Assembly: GCA_002269645.1 (NCBI GenBank)
Contig: NIVC01000450.1
Coordinates: 82,640 to 146,639 of the forward strand
Direction of reading: 5' to 3'
DNA length: 64,000 nt
DNA from: Macrostomum lignano
Lineage: Eukaryota
Position 1 is the first letter of the stretch, and each line of letters starts with the position of its first letter. The position numbers and the translations under genes are program-made. Below are positions 12,136-23,620 of this stretch, in pieces. The notes beneath the pieces are model-generated. The model was not told the DNA's origin and searched no databases. It saw only the letters and a program-made list of their open reading frames with translations.

Positions 12136-12445
12136 ATTAGGTGAAGGCTGTCGGCCGCGGAAGGCAGAAATTATTCAGACACATGTGATTGACGTGCTGG
12201 TGAAATTTGAAGGCTTGGCACCACCGTATATAAAAGCGCATTGCTGATTGACGTACTGCATGGCTGGGGATTTAAATCTTGTTTGAGAAGATGTGCAACA
12301 AAAAGCAAGCCCGTTTTCCTGAAATTCGTGTTCCTGGGTTGCTCCATTCCGGCACAAAAAATGTCAGAGCATTGGGAAATGGGATCCAAAACCTCTTTGC
12401 AGTACTTGCAGTAGTACTGTTATGACAATAAAACATATTAAATAA

Positions 12446-13175
12446 TTGAAGCATTTGAAGAAGGCATTCGACTTGGTCGTCAGATTTATGCTGCCAAAAG
12501 TGTTCCGTGCGTACAACGTGCCAAAGCAGCTTGTCTCCGCCATCATGACAATGTGCCGTGATATGAAACCGGCTGTTTCGATACCAATCGGCCTAACAGG
12601 CATCTCCAGCTTCAGGGAGATCCGACTTGTTCTGGTGCTTGACTGGGTGCTGTTGATTGTTTATACTACCAACGACGACGGCATTCTGCTGAGGCGACGC
12701 GTGCCTGGCTACGCCGACGATCTCGTCCTGCTTTCCTCAACTGTCGAGGTCGCCCAGCAACAACTGGACAAGATAGTTACTGTTGCGGTGAGTGTCGGAA
12801 GATGATCAACACGTAGAAGACCGTCGTGCTCTGCGTGCCGGAATAAATTAAGGCTGCAATTTTGTGCCGAGGTGCAGATGAAGCAGGCGACGGAGCTTCG
12901 ACGTTACCAGCAGTTCATCTACTTCCGCGGTCTGGTTCCCGGCGTCCTCGAGGATCTGCAACATCGCCGCGGGCTGCCTTTCGTTCTTTAAAGCCAGTCC
13001 TGCAGTCCGAGGCCCTACACCTGATCGCCAGAGGGCAGCGTTGTTCCAGGCAATGGTCGAGACCGTCCTGCTGTACGAAGCTGAGATCTGGACGCTGACG
13101 CACTCGCTCGAACTACAAGTAGACGCGGGACACGCTGGCCTGCTGCGAGCCGCCTTCAAGATCAGCGACGAGCTC
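12446..13175 (+). mobile_element. Degenerate non-LTR retrotransposon reverse-transcriptase fragment (RTE-like), frameshifted
   Basis: KAFDLV..LPKVFRAYNVPKQLVSAI and GYADDLVLLSSTVEVAQQQL (RT YADD motif), then broken frames with TVLLYEAEIWTLT-like sequence. Confidence 0.75.
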
Positions 13176-13997
13176 GAGTTTCCATTGCGACACTGAAATT
13201 TATTGATGAACCAGTAGCCAAAAAGACCGGAAAGTACTACGACATCGTTATAGCTACATTAATAATGGCATTTGACCGGCCTCCAGTATAAAGCTTTCGT
13301 AGTTTAAATCTCAATCAAGAGTAGTGTATTTTCGGAAAACCTGAGAACCTTCAAAAGTTTTCAAAGACAACAATTGCACCGTTACTTTTCACCTGGTGAG
13401 ACAACTTAGTCGCGGTTCAAACGATGAGTTAGGCATGGAATTTTCCCCCAGAGCTGCCTTCTTTATGCAGAGAACTTCGTGACTATAAGCCGGCACTCTA
13501 AATAGGCAACGGAGGGTTTAAGCCAGCCCTGGGAGAACAATTCCGCTGCTTGCGCAGCAATTATACAGTCTTTCGCGGGTCTTTCGCAAAAGAAATCCCC
13601 AAATTCACGTATTGGCAGTGGCGCCATTGAGGCCCTCATCAGCTGCAAGGCAGCATTGCAGCGACCTTGCTTGAGACTGGCTGAGTATACTCTTAGTTAT
13701 GGCCTACGAATACAATGCTGCAAAAAGGTGTCTGGAAAGTTTTGAGAGCTTCCAAGGCTCTACATTAATGATGAGGCCAACAGCAGCTGACTACGCTTGT
13801 AGATTTTTTCCAGGCGTGTAGCTAAAAATTTTGACAAGTTTCTGAGAATTTTTTATCAAAAACTCCATAGTTGGCTAACAGCTCTTCTGACAATTCCACT
13901 ACATGAGTCCGTAGCTTCCAAGTGCCCCCTCTAGTCGTTATAAAGCAAACGCTGCGGGCTCTTCTGCGCTTCACTTCTCTCTTTTAGTTTGACACAA

Positions 13998-15086
13998 ATG
14001 TCTCGACTGTACCGACCGGTCTTTTATACGACTTTTCAGTTTGTTCTTCTGTTGGCAGATGTCCTTCCAGAAGCAAACGGAACTGCCGAGAGCAAGTCGG
14101 TTCTGCTTTCTGTACAAAAATGTCCATCGGTCACGAACCTCGCTACACTGAGCCCGGACAACTCCGCTAAAGACTTAGCCGGCTGTGCAGCCCAGTGCGC
14201 CCGCTCCGCTGCCTGTGCCGGCATTCATTACTCCGCAGCGCTGTCGAAATGCTACCTGGGCAATCTAGATCAGCTGAGCTCGCTCTGGAATACGCTGAGC
14301 ACCTCTGACTCGGATGGATGCGTGAGCTACGTCTCTCCCGCCATCAGAGATTCGCTTCTGGCCGAACCAAACGACCTTCCGACTACAACAGCCGCTCCCC
14401 TGACGATTCCTGGACTTAGCGCTTCAACCGCTGCGAAGTTGGTGATTTTGATCGATTTTCGACAGGGCTACACCAACCTGGCCAACCCGTCCAAGTATGC
14501 GGCCACCCCCTACGGCTCCATCACCCGAGATAATCAGGGAGCCCATTTTCCGGGAACAAACTCGGACTACATCGAGATTGACACCGATCGATTCAGTTTG
14601 GCTACAACTTACTTGAACTCGTCTTGTAACTTCACCTTCTTTGTAAAGCTGGTTAGGCAGACTTGGAACCAGCAGAATTATCACCTGTTTCACGACTGCA
14701 ACGGCAATCTTCGAGCTGAGTTCTGCGATCGCGTCGGCAAGTTGCACATCAGCCATTCATTTCCGGAGAAACCTGTCTTGCTGGATCAAACGGAGACTGT
14801 CGATTCAACCGCCGAGCTGTTGAACCGGGCCAACATCCTCCAGGGTGTTGCAGCCGCTGCCGTCTTCACTGGCGTCAACTTGTCGGCGCTTTACTTCAAC
14901 GGCTCCGCGGTGGCCAATAGCGGGGACCTGAACCATGCCTACAACGGCGACCTGCAGTGCCTCCGTCTCGGCCACAATGCCGCCTCCAGCGCCGCTCTCA
15001 AAGGTCGCTACATCTGCTACGCCGTTGCCAATGCCGCTCTCACTGCCGATGAGATTGTCGAACTAAACCAGTACTGCGGCAATTGA
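13998..15086 (+). CDS. Intronless secreted protein: signal peptide, PAN/Apple domain, Thr/Pro linker, C-terminal concanavalin-A/laminin-G-like domain
   Basis: Open frame of 362 codons from ATG 13998; hydrophobic FQFVLLLA; PAN pattern GCAAQCARSAACAGIHYSAALSKCYL; linker PTTTAAP; C-terminal LRLGH..LKGRYICYAVANAALTADEIVELN resembles the end of LamG/pentraxin folds. Confidence 0.75.
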   Translation: MSRLYRPVFYTTFQFVLLLADVLPEANGTAESKSVLLSVQKCPSVTNLATLSPDNSAKDLAGCAAQCARSAACAGIHYSAALSKCYLGNLDQLSSLWNTLSTSDSDGCVSYVSPAIRDSLLAEPNDLPTTTAAPLTIPGLSASTAAKLVILIDFRQGYTNLANPSKYAATPYGSITRDNQGAHFPGTNSDYIEIDTDRFSLATTYLNSSCNFTFFVKLVRQTWNQQNYHLFHDCNGNLRAEFCDRVGKLHISHSFPEKPVLLDQTETVDSTAELLNRANILQGVAAAAVFTGVNLSALYFNGSAVANSGDLNHAYNGDLQCLRLGHNAASSAALKGRYICYAVANAALTADEIVELNQYCGN

Positions 15087-16978
15087 TTTGCACACCTGGA
15101 CTGGATAACTGGAACTTGGAGCCAAAAACCTTTAAAGCCAAGAACAGTAAAATCTTACTGAAAATACCTTTTGGAAACTATTTTTTAAGTTGCTAAGAGT
15201 TTTGTTTGAAAAATTTTAATTTGAAAGTTGGTTTGACCATTGCAGCCAATTAATATATTACTGAGCTTGTTAATTAAAATAACGTTTTTATTATGAACTA
15301 TATTCGAGTTTGTAAGAACTACGACCCACAAAAAAATACCATTGAGATACGAAGACTTGCGCTTTCATACGGGTTTTTTTTAGTTTTTTTTTGTACATCA
15401 TAAATTTTAGGGGTGTATTTTAAACAAAATCACTACAATTCTATTTGCTCTCGTTGCTAACATGTTTTTCATGTGGCTAGAAGAAAAAATTAACAGTTAC
15501 AAATAAAAATTGTGACAGCAAATACCGAGACAAGTAAGTAGTAAAAACGAGTAATTAAGCAAATTTGTTTAACTAGAGGCATCTGTTTCGATGTATTTTG
15601 GTTTATTGATTAAAAACAATCCTCGATAGTTACTACTTGAATCATTAAAGGCTGCAGAAGTAATAATGGAAGAACATAGCTCTCTACGAGCATACTTAGG
15701 TTTGTCACAATATAGGATGTTTACATTGTACAAGGTACTGAGTTGCGGTTTTGTTATAATAAGATTAAAAAACACTTAAATCTATCGAGCGCTCTACAGA
15801 TTGTTTGTATCACAACAAATTTTGGATTGTAATGACAACAGAAAGACGTAAATTTTTGCAATTTTAAGGATTTTTTTGAAATATCGAGTTATCGAATCGA
15901 GTCAGTACGCTCGTACTGAATCGTTAAAAATCTTTTTATATAGACTTATCAAGCATTTTTGCTGGCTTGAAGGGAATCTCAACTATGGATAATTAGTCCC
16001 GAAATGAAAAACGGTACACCAGAGCTTCACTTTTGCTGTCGACAGATTCCTCTTTTGGAGCCGCAATGAGGGCAGAATCGATGAAAATTCCAACTCTCTG
16101 CGTCTCACCAAAGAATTCTTAGCTTTGTCCATCCACCATAAAATCCATTAGCGACTTCCCTGACCATGGCAGAATGCCAGTGTCAATCATCAATGCGTCT
16201 GATGGCGGATCAACGACACGAGAATGCAAAGTTGCCATAAGATTACCATTCATCTCATATTAGCTTTTAGACAGTATCGATCACATATAACTTGTTGCAT
16301 TTTTTGCATTGAAAGTACAAGAATCCCGGATTAAAGTTTTATCTGTTCACCTTGGTTCTGGTCGTATTTAACAGCGGAACACACTGTTCCATATTCTGGG
16401 TTGCTGACGCTTTCAGCCGCTTTAAAATACACGAAACTAATTGAATTTAAGGTAAAATTTCTACAATTTTTTTCAGCAAAGCAGCTAAAATGAAAAAACT
16501 GCCGAAATTAACCGAAATCTATTTCGCTAATGGAATCAAACTACTTCTGATTAGCATATTAGTGCAGATACACATTCATAAAGACGTATAACAAAGCGAC
16601 TTACTGAACTGAAGCTGACAGAAATCTAAACACTCGTAACTACAGAAACTGTTAAATCCGGCGACAAACCAGTGGCTAGTTCACCAGCTTTGCGTCTCAA
16701 GAAGTCCGCCAGATCTGCTGACAAAGTCTCTCAGCAAGCCATTTATCCAAGGCCTTGAAGCGGCTACATCAGCAAGCACTTGGATCCAGAAGACGATTTG
16801 GCCAGAAAATCGTGCTCCAGCAGCTCCTTCGCCGGCACCCTCTCGCCGACGTTTCTCTTCGTACAGCACCCGTAGAATCGTCGCAGATCCCTTGAGCAGC
16901 CATCGGGCAGTGGCGGCGCACCGCTCGCCTGCAGCAGCTCTGGAAGCGTCCAGGAGGGCGCACTTTGAGTAAGCGACA

Positions 16979-17242
16979 TTGTCACAACACAACCGGCGAG
17001 AGGCATTACAGTCATACGCACAGGTTTACACTCACACAGGTGTGTACAGCGGCCCTGACTTTATTTATCGCTAGGCATGTACACCTCACTGTGACTTGGG
17101 GGTTGGCCATCAAGGCCGTTAATTGCACGAGCAGAGAAAAGCCGAGATTTAAGTTTAGCCCTAAAGTAATGTGACTGCACTTGGAATCGAGCCTGGGCCG
17201 CTGGTACATCAGAGCGGCGCGCTAGACCGCTGGGCTACGGCC
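16979..17242 (-). mobile_element. tRNA-derived SINE (family B), full-length copy
   Basis: Minus-strand head GGCCGTAGCCCAGCGGTCTAGCGCG...GGCTCGATTCC (A and B boxes); body homologous to 17898-18152. Confidence 0.75.
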
Positions 17243-17897
17243 TCTCCTCAGGTGCAGATGAGTGCAGTTGAGTTACGGTTTTAATTTTCAATTCAAAACA
17301 GCTCCATGTACTGCTCAAGCTCTTACCTGCTTGCAGAACTTCTGTATGACAGCCTCTTTAAGAGGCTTCTCATCAATAAACGCCTCCAGGGTGCGGCCGC
17401 CCAGCAGCTCCATAATCTGAGCTAGATGCAACATTTTCACAATGTTCTTGTCCCGCAGGTGAAGCAAGGGTGACTGGGCTTCAATGGCTCTGTTGATTTG
17501 GGAGTTAGCGGAGTCCACGTTGCCGCTCGGCCACTGCATGCTGCCCCACAGGAAGTTTGACCGCTTTTGCAGCACACCTGAGGTTCTTGTCGGTGAGCAC
17601 CTCAGTGACGATAGCGAAGCTGCCTTTACTCAGAACGCGGATTGAGTCCCACTTCTCTATGAATGTCGGACAGCCGGGACTGAAAATCGAATGCAAAGCG
17701 CTGATATGTATTTTTTCTGATCTATAATACTTGAATCAATCGTCGATTTAATAAAACACTTACGATGGATCAAGCGGCTCATTAAAGTACTTCTTGATAG
17801 CGTAGTCGGACTTGCAAAAAAGTACATAAGGCTGTTGGAGGCAAGATTTTACTGTATGTATTGTATTTAAATCGCACATGCATGTTTCGTACATAAT

Positions 17898-18152
17898 TGT
17901 CACACAACCGGCGAGAGGCATTACTGCCGATTCCGCCGACTCCCATGAGGAGGCACACAATCGCGCGGGTACGTTACGCAGTCATACGCACGGGCACACA
18001 CACAGTGATTCAATTTATCGCTAGGCATGTATACTTCACTGTGCCTTGGGGGTTGACCCTTAAAGCCCTTAATTGCATGAGCAGACCCAAGTCAAGATTT
18101 AAGTTTAGCCCCTGACTTGCGATTGGAATCGACCCTGAGCCGCTGGTACATC
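17898..18152 (-). mobile_element. SINE family B, second copy lacking the A box, with extra ~55 bp near its 3' end
   Basis: Shares CACAACCGGCGAGAGGCATTAC, ATTTATCGCTAGGCATGTA, AGATTTAAGTTTAGCCC and TTGGAATCGA..GCCGCTGGTACATC with the 16979-17242 copy. Confidence 0.75.
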
Positions 18153-18974
18153 ATGATAAAATTCAGCAGTTCAAATTGGGTCAAAGCAAATTAAAGGGAT
18201 AAACTTAAACCGCTGAACGCGTCTGATTCTTGCGCCATGATCCCGGGTCGATTATTAGAAAGTCTGTGTTGCTGTACACCCTGTGTGAGTGTGTGTATGA
18301 GTGCCGTGCCTGCGGACAGCATTGACGCGCTTGGTTGTGCTCAGGAGTCAGTGGAGGCTTTTTCGTTGTCCCTGACGATGTCCAGCGCAGAATCCCAGTA
18401 ATTCGAGTGCAGCCAACCGTCTGTCCACCAGCTGCATGAGGGCCGTGCATTCGGTTTTAGGACTTCTTGCGTTGGCGGAGGCTCCCGTATCCAGCTGCAT
18501 AGTGCACCAGACTGCCTTCTTTGATGCTGCCCATTACAGTGGGGTCTCCCAGATTCAGAAGTAGCTTCTAAGTCTGTATGTCAATTGGAGCATCGCTCTG
18601 TGCTGCAGAGAACAGCAGGGTGCGGCCCATTAGATTGGGAATGTCGCAGTTGAATCGAGTTGCCGCCTTCCTCAGACCAGCCAAATCTCCTTCATCAAAC
18701 AGTCGCTTCAGCTCGAACAACTCATCGGTTTTCCTAAATGAAGAAAATGCATCACACAAAGCAGAACTGTGTAGCACAATTTCCAAAGCTTTTACAGCAC
18801 TGGCTGGAGTCACTTACCGAATTTGGGGCAGCCTCATCACTGCCACCACAACAACTCTGCGCTACTTTAAAAACTAAATGAAAGAGATAACTAAACTGAA
18901 ACAATGCAGGAACTCAACTTTTGCCACATCTTTGACATGGCATCCACCTATCCAGGAGATTATGGGTATGGGCG

Positions 18975-19575
18975 CCAATTAAGAGACAGGGGCGACCACA
19001 AAGAGACAGGGGCGCCCACCAAGTGACAGGGGCGCCCACCAAGAGACAGGGGCGCCCACAAAAAGACAGGGGCGACCACAAAAAGACAGGGGCGCCCACC
19101 AAGAGACAGGGTCACCCACAAAAAGACAGGGGCGCCCACCAAGAGACAGGGGCGCCCACCAAGAGACTCTCCCAGATAGCAAGCATCCCCCAGATAGCAA
19201 GCATCCTCCCAGATAGCAAGCATCCCCCAGATAGCAAGCATCCCCCAGATAGCAAGCATCTTTCCAGATGTTTGCTATGAATCTCTTTTTTACTAACATT
19301 AACAAAGACGACAAAATAAAGCTTTCTCAAAGATAGCAGACATTCCCCTAAATAGAAAATATCCCCAAGACAGCAAGCATCCCCCAAATAGCAAGCACCC
19401 CCCCTCCAAGAGTAATCAACCGCAGATAGCAAGCATCCCCCAGATAGCAAGTATCCCCCCTCCAAGAGTAATCAACCGCAGATAGCAAGCATCCCCCAGA
19501 TAGCAAGTATCCCCCCTCCAAGAGTAATCAACCGCAGATAGCAAGCATCCCCTCAGATAGCAAGCATCCACCCGA
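18975..19575 (+). repeat. Adjacent minisatellites: 21-bp (GGGCGCCCACCAAGAGACAGG) then 18-bp (CAGATAGCAAGCATCCCC) and composite units
   Basis: Direct tandem copies. Confidence 0.9.
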
Positions 19576-20435
19576 CAGCAAGTAGCTAATGCAAATATTT
19601 TCTCAGCTAATGCAATAATCGCTTTTTCAGGTTGTGCAATAAACCATGTCTCAGCTAGCGCAATAATCCTCTTCTCATCTAGTGCAATGATCATTTACTC
19701 ATAAAGTGCAATAATCCTTGGTTTTTCAAGTGCAGTAATCCTTGGCTTATCAAGGTAATGCCTTGCTAAAACTACCTGCACTAGATAGGATGACATAGCC
19801 AGACCACCTTTTTAGTGAGGCTTTTATCCACAGTGAACTGGTTAGGTTACTGAGATACAGAGACACATACTTCTCTTGCCATGAACAGGGCCAGTCCAGT
19901 GCGTATGAAAAACAGCCAATGCAATTTGTTGAATTTCTGCTAAAGTACATGCGCAGCAAACTACACTAACTGACTTGCTTTTCTTAGACTTACCGGGGGC
20001 AATCTGCCCCCATTTGGGAGGCAACAAAGAAAGGAGTCAATTTTTTGGCTGAATTGACTCCTTTTTAAACTCGATCAAGTTTGTGCTTGTCTCTGAAAAC
20101 AGAGTCTTAGATCGGACAGTACATCAGAAACTTAATTTGTAACGATTTACAGGAAGACAAATTTCAGTGGATCTGGATGAAAGACACATTTAAGGGTTGT
20201 GACAAAAGAAGACGCCCCAAGTATTTGATTTAGAAAATTGCAGCTCACTGACTAAGTTGTAGTTGACAATCTACTCAAGTAGATATCTTTCATTGGGTTG
20301 AAAAATCGCAAATCCTATAGACTAATATGGCTACTGCTAGTAGTAGCCGTTCATCAGAATTCAACTTTGAGGTGTATATAAAGAGAGGTAGAAGATGAAG
20401 CAATTTCTTCTCCTGAAACGCCAGAGCCAGAAGCA

Positions 20436-21667
20436 ATGGTCCACAGCCGCTTTTTCATGCTCATCGCCTGCTCGGCAGTCCTGTTGACCTGCGCGGTCTG
20501 GGGCAGAGTGCTCCGAGTTTCCTACATTGGCTGCTTTTTTGACGATTCTGACAGGGATCTGAATGGGCTGGCAGGCATCACTGCAATCGGTGCTGAATCC
20601 GTACACAAAGAAAAAACTTCAAATATGGACATGACTATTGAGTTCTGCAGTGACTTCTGCTCCGTTGGAGGCTTTAATTATTTTGGACTGCAGGGCCAAC
20701 AACAATGCTTCTGCGGCAGGTCCTACGGTCGTCACGGAAAGTCCACTGAAACTGATTGCAGCCGTCCTTGCTCGGGAAACTCGAGTCAGATGTGCGGAGG
20801 AAATTGGCGCAACTCGGTGTTCTCTCTGACCTACCCAAGTAAGCTTGGCGTTGAGAACAGACTTTTTACCTATATGTACTCTTTAGTCTGCGCGTAAAAG
20901 TATTTTAGCTTGCGGCCAAACAGGGAAACATATACACTAAGGACTACTAAAATAGAAGTACGCAACACTTGAAATCTATGGAAAATGTTTTGAAGGCCAC
21001 TTTTCGACGAAAAATACACTACGGAGATAGGAAGTTTCCATTTTTTCAGCACATAAATTGTCATTGCTTTCAATAGGAGGCAGACCCAATGTTCATCTTT
21101 TGATATGTTGTGCCTTTCTTATAGCTTTATTGCGCGGCGCATCTGAAGGCTGCGTACGGCTGTTCAGTCCAAGGACTGGGGGGTCGCCACACACATCCTC
21201 CAATTACCCCAGCTTAATGCTTGGCAACCTATTTTACAGCTGGGTGAACTGGAGTTAAGTTTCTTGCTCAAGGACACAAATTGTTCCGAATAGGTCGAGA
21301 ATCGAACCCCCCAACCTTTCAGTCGGGAGTCAGACGCTATAACCACTAGACTACAACCCCTATCTATACAATCTATACAAGTTACAACAACTATATCATT
21401 AATTTTCTATTGTCTTCCAATTAAACTTCAGAGATGAGCTGCTTCAAGCAGTCGAAGATGCCTAACCTCACGGTCTCGTCAACCCTACCGACCTCCTGGA
21501 GCCTCGCTGCCCAAACAGCTCTGGACTGCCTGATCCTGTGCGAGGCCTCAGCTGACTGCCAGGCTGTGATTTTCTCTGGCCAGCAGCGCCTGTGCCACCT
21601 GCTGAGATTCGCCTACCCGCCTGTCAATCTGAGCAGCACCGACGGAGACTACTTCGTGCGTGGATGA
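20436..21667 (+). CDS. Secreted WSC-domain + PAN/Apple-domain protein (copy 2); exons 20436-20838 and 21432-21667
   Basis: Signal peptide MVHSRFFMLIACSAVLLTCAVWG; WSC YIGCFFD..MTIEFCSDFC..YFGLQGQQQCFCG..CSRPCSGNSSQMCGG; canonical GTAAG donor and TTCAG acceptor (phase 1) join it to PAN DCLILCEASADCQAVIFSGQQRLCHLL. Confidence 0.85.
21128..21360 (-). mobile_element. tRNA-derived SINE (family A), fuller copy with CORE-like central domain, antisense in the WSC-PAN intron
   Basis: Reverse complement GGGGTTGTAGTCTAGTGGTTATAGCG..GGTTCGATTC..TGTGTCCTTGAGCAAGAAACTTAACTCCAGTTCACCCAGCTGTAAAATAGG; 3' end matches 8488-8678. Confidence 0.85.
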
Positions 21668-22742
21668 ATTTACCTCTACTACCTTGATTCAGCGATTGGC
21701 ATCAATTATGAAGACTAATTTCATAGACAAACTGAAAGCAACTCTTAACATCTTGTGGCTATACTTAATGAATAATTTTATTTTAGAAGGAAAAATAAGG
21801 TTTTCAAATAATAAATTTATGATCAGTTTTTGGTTTCGCAGTTAATTTTGAATGGCTCTGAATAGCCGTACAGGCCCCTACAAATTGAAATTTCAGACTT
21901 TCATTCGAATACTGTTCGATACTTTCAGCTCAAAATGCTGGACTGAAATGAATGTCAGACATTCGCAGGGAGATTCTGTTCGCATTTCTCAATCGATGAC
22001 CCTAAGGGGCCGACTTCACGAAGGAAATACAAGTGACGTTTTTTCCTAACTTTCAAGACGGGCGTCTCTTGGGGCCATAGACAAAACAATTTCGTTTTTT
22101 CGAAGCCATAAAACAGTTTTTAAGCTGTCCATGGCCTTGGTTGAAGTACGAGGACTCATATATGACAGGAATCGGACACCTAGTTTGGCCATATAGACAG
22201 CGCTGCAATGGCTATCCTCCTTCTCAGCTAGGACACAGTTGGTTGCTCAAAACTCTGAAGCCGAAATTATTGTCACTTGTCACTGGCTGCAATAAAATAC
22301 AAGATGCATTGAAGAGAACCTGCAGCATCTGCTGTTTGCGCAGCTTAATTTCGTTTGCTAGTGGGGAATGGCTGTAAGCTTACATGCAGGCAAGAAATGT
22401 TTTAGTTCTAACAATGCTGCAAACAATTCATGTTTGCCATCCATGTTAGACAAGTTCTGGAAAGGCAGAATTTTCCTATTTTCTTCAAAAGTGTCTATCG
22501 CTTTATTACATAAGAGCGCATTGTGTAGAAACTCTGGAGGGAAGAGATGTGCTGGCTCATTAGCCTAACTACTGTTAGCATAGTTCTCAATATGCTCATC
22601 CATTCCACATTTAGCTCTCAACCTACACCCAGGATGGGTGGCCATCCAGCTTAGTGGCAGTTGGCGCGCATAGCTGTCTACGTCTTCTTGTCTGCCAATC
22701 AATTAAATTAACCTGCAGACAATGGTAGATTGTGTCTATGGT

Positions 22743-23002
22743 GACTGCTGACTGACTGACTGACTAACTGACTGACTGACTGACTGACTGACTGACTGAC
22801 TGACTGACTGACTGACTGACTGACTGACTGACTGACTGACTACTGACTGACTGAGTGACTGACTGACTGACTGACTGACTGACTGACTGACTGACTGACT
22901 GACTGACTGACTGACTGACTGACTGACTGACTGACTGACTGACTGACTGACTGACTGACTGACTGACTGACTGACTGACTGACTGACTGACTGACTGACT
23001 GT
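22743..23002 (+). repeat. (GACT)n microsatellite
   Basis: About 260 bp of near-perfect tetramer. Confidence 0.97.
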
Positions 23003-23394
23003 GCTCATTTACTCGTATTTGCTCGTTTCTACTCTCTCATTTCATCGAATTAGATTGCTCTTTCGTTGGGGCAGAGCAGTGCATATTAAGCTGTAAACGA
23101 CTTTCGAGCCGCGACCCCCTCGCCCTGATTCGATTCCCGTGTGCATGCAGGTACATTCATTTAGGGCAATATTGTGCTCGAAAATTGGCAGGACACAGCT
23201 AAGGGGATCCAGGGGTTGTCATTGTGCCGCTTCTTCAACCCATGGTTCGAGGGTAAACTTGTAAAAGGCATGTCTATTTTAATTTAATAGTAATACATTT
23301 CCCTAAAGTTGATAGACATTGGAAATTTGGTGTCAAGAAAGGTCACATGATCGTCAATCTACTAATTGAAATCTGGGTGTAGAATGTCGATTCC

Positions 23395-23620
23395 TTTCGG
23401 CACGATGATCAAATTCGCCACACACCTCCCGAGGAACATCTTCAATTCAGCTGCCAGAGACGACTTGAAGGTGCGCCTGTTCCGCACGGCCGTCGAGCTG
23501 ATTCTCCTGTACAGCATGGAAGCTGTGCCGTCGACCGACACGCGATCAGAGCGAGCCCTGGAAGCCGATCTTAACCGATCGCTGCTGCGCTACGCGCTGG
23601 GCGTGCAATTCTCATATAGC
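23395..23620 (+). mobile_element. Non-LTR retrotransposon relic (region C-terminal to RT)
   Basis: LKVRLFRTAVELILLYSMEAVP..RSLLRYALGV resembles the K.RLF...V..ILLY..E.W motif of RTE/CR1-type ORF2 and the relic near 13000-13170. Confidence 0.55.

Larger units (their letters stand above)
16764..18880 (-). pseudogene. Decayed ankyrin-repeat + protein kinase (STE/MAP3K-like) gene interrupted by two SINEs
   Basis: Ankyrin remnants (GRTLLFSAAQSDAPIDIQT*, GETPL*WAASKKA..GASANARS), kinase N-lobe (IRVLSKGSFAIV..CAAKAVK; LHLRDKNIVKM..IMELLGGRTLEAFI..KPLKEAVIQKFCKQ) and subdomain XI (CTKRNVGERVPAKELLEHDFL) lie in different frames with stops; no intact HRD or DFG motif found. Confidence 0.65.

Noticed and set aside
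19750-20030. Short minus-strand ORFs (LPPKWGQIAPG..FHTHWTGP)
   Set aside because: Possibly a retroelement remnant, but no motif I can identify with confidence.
22200-22700. Coding-like minus-strand stretch (QEDVDSYARQLPLSW..LFPPEFLHNALL..)
   Set aside because: Interrupted by stops and I cannot assign a family; possibly an old gene or transposon relic.
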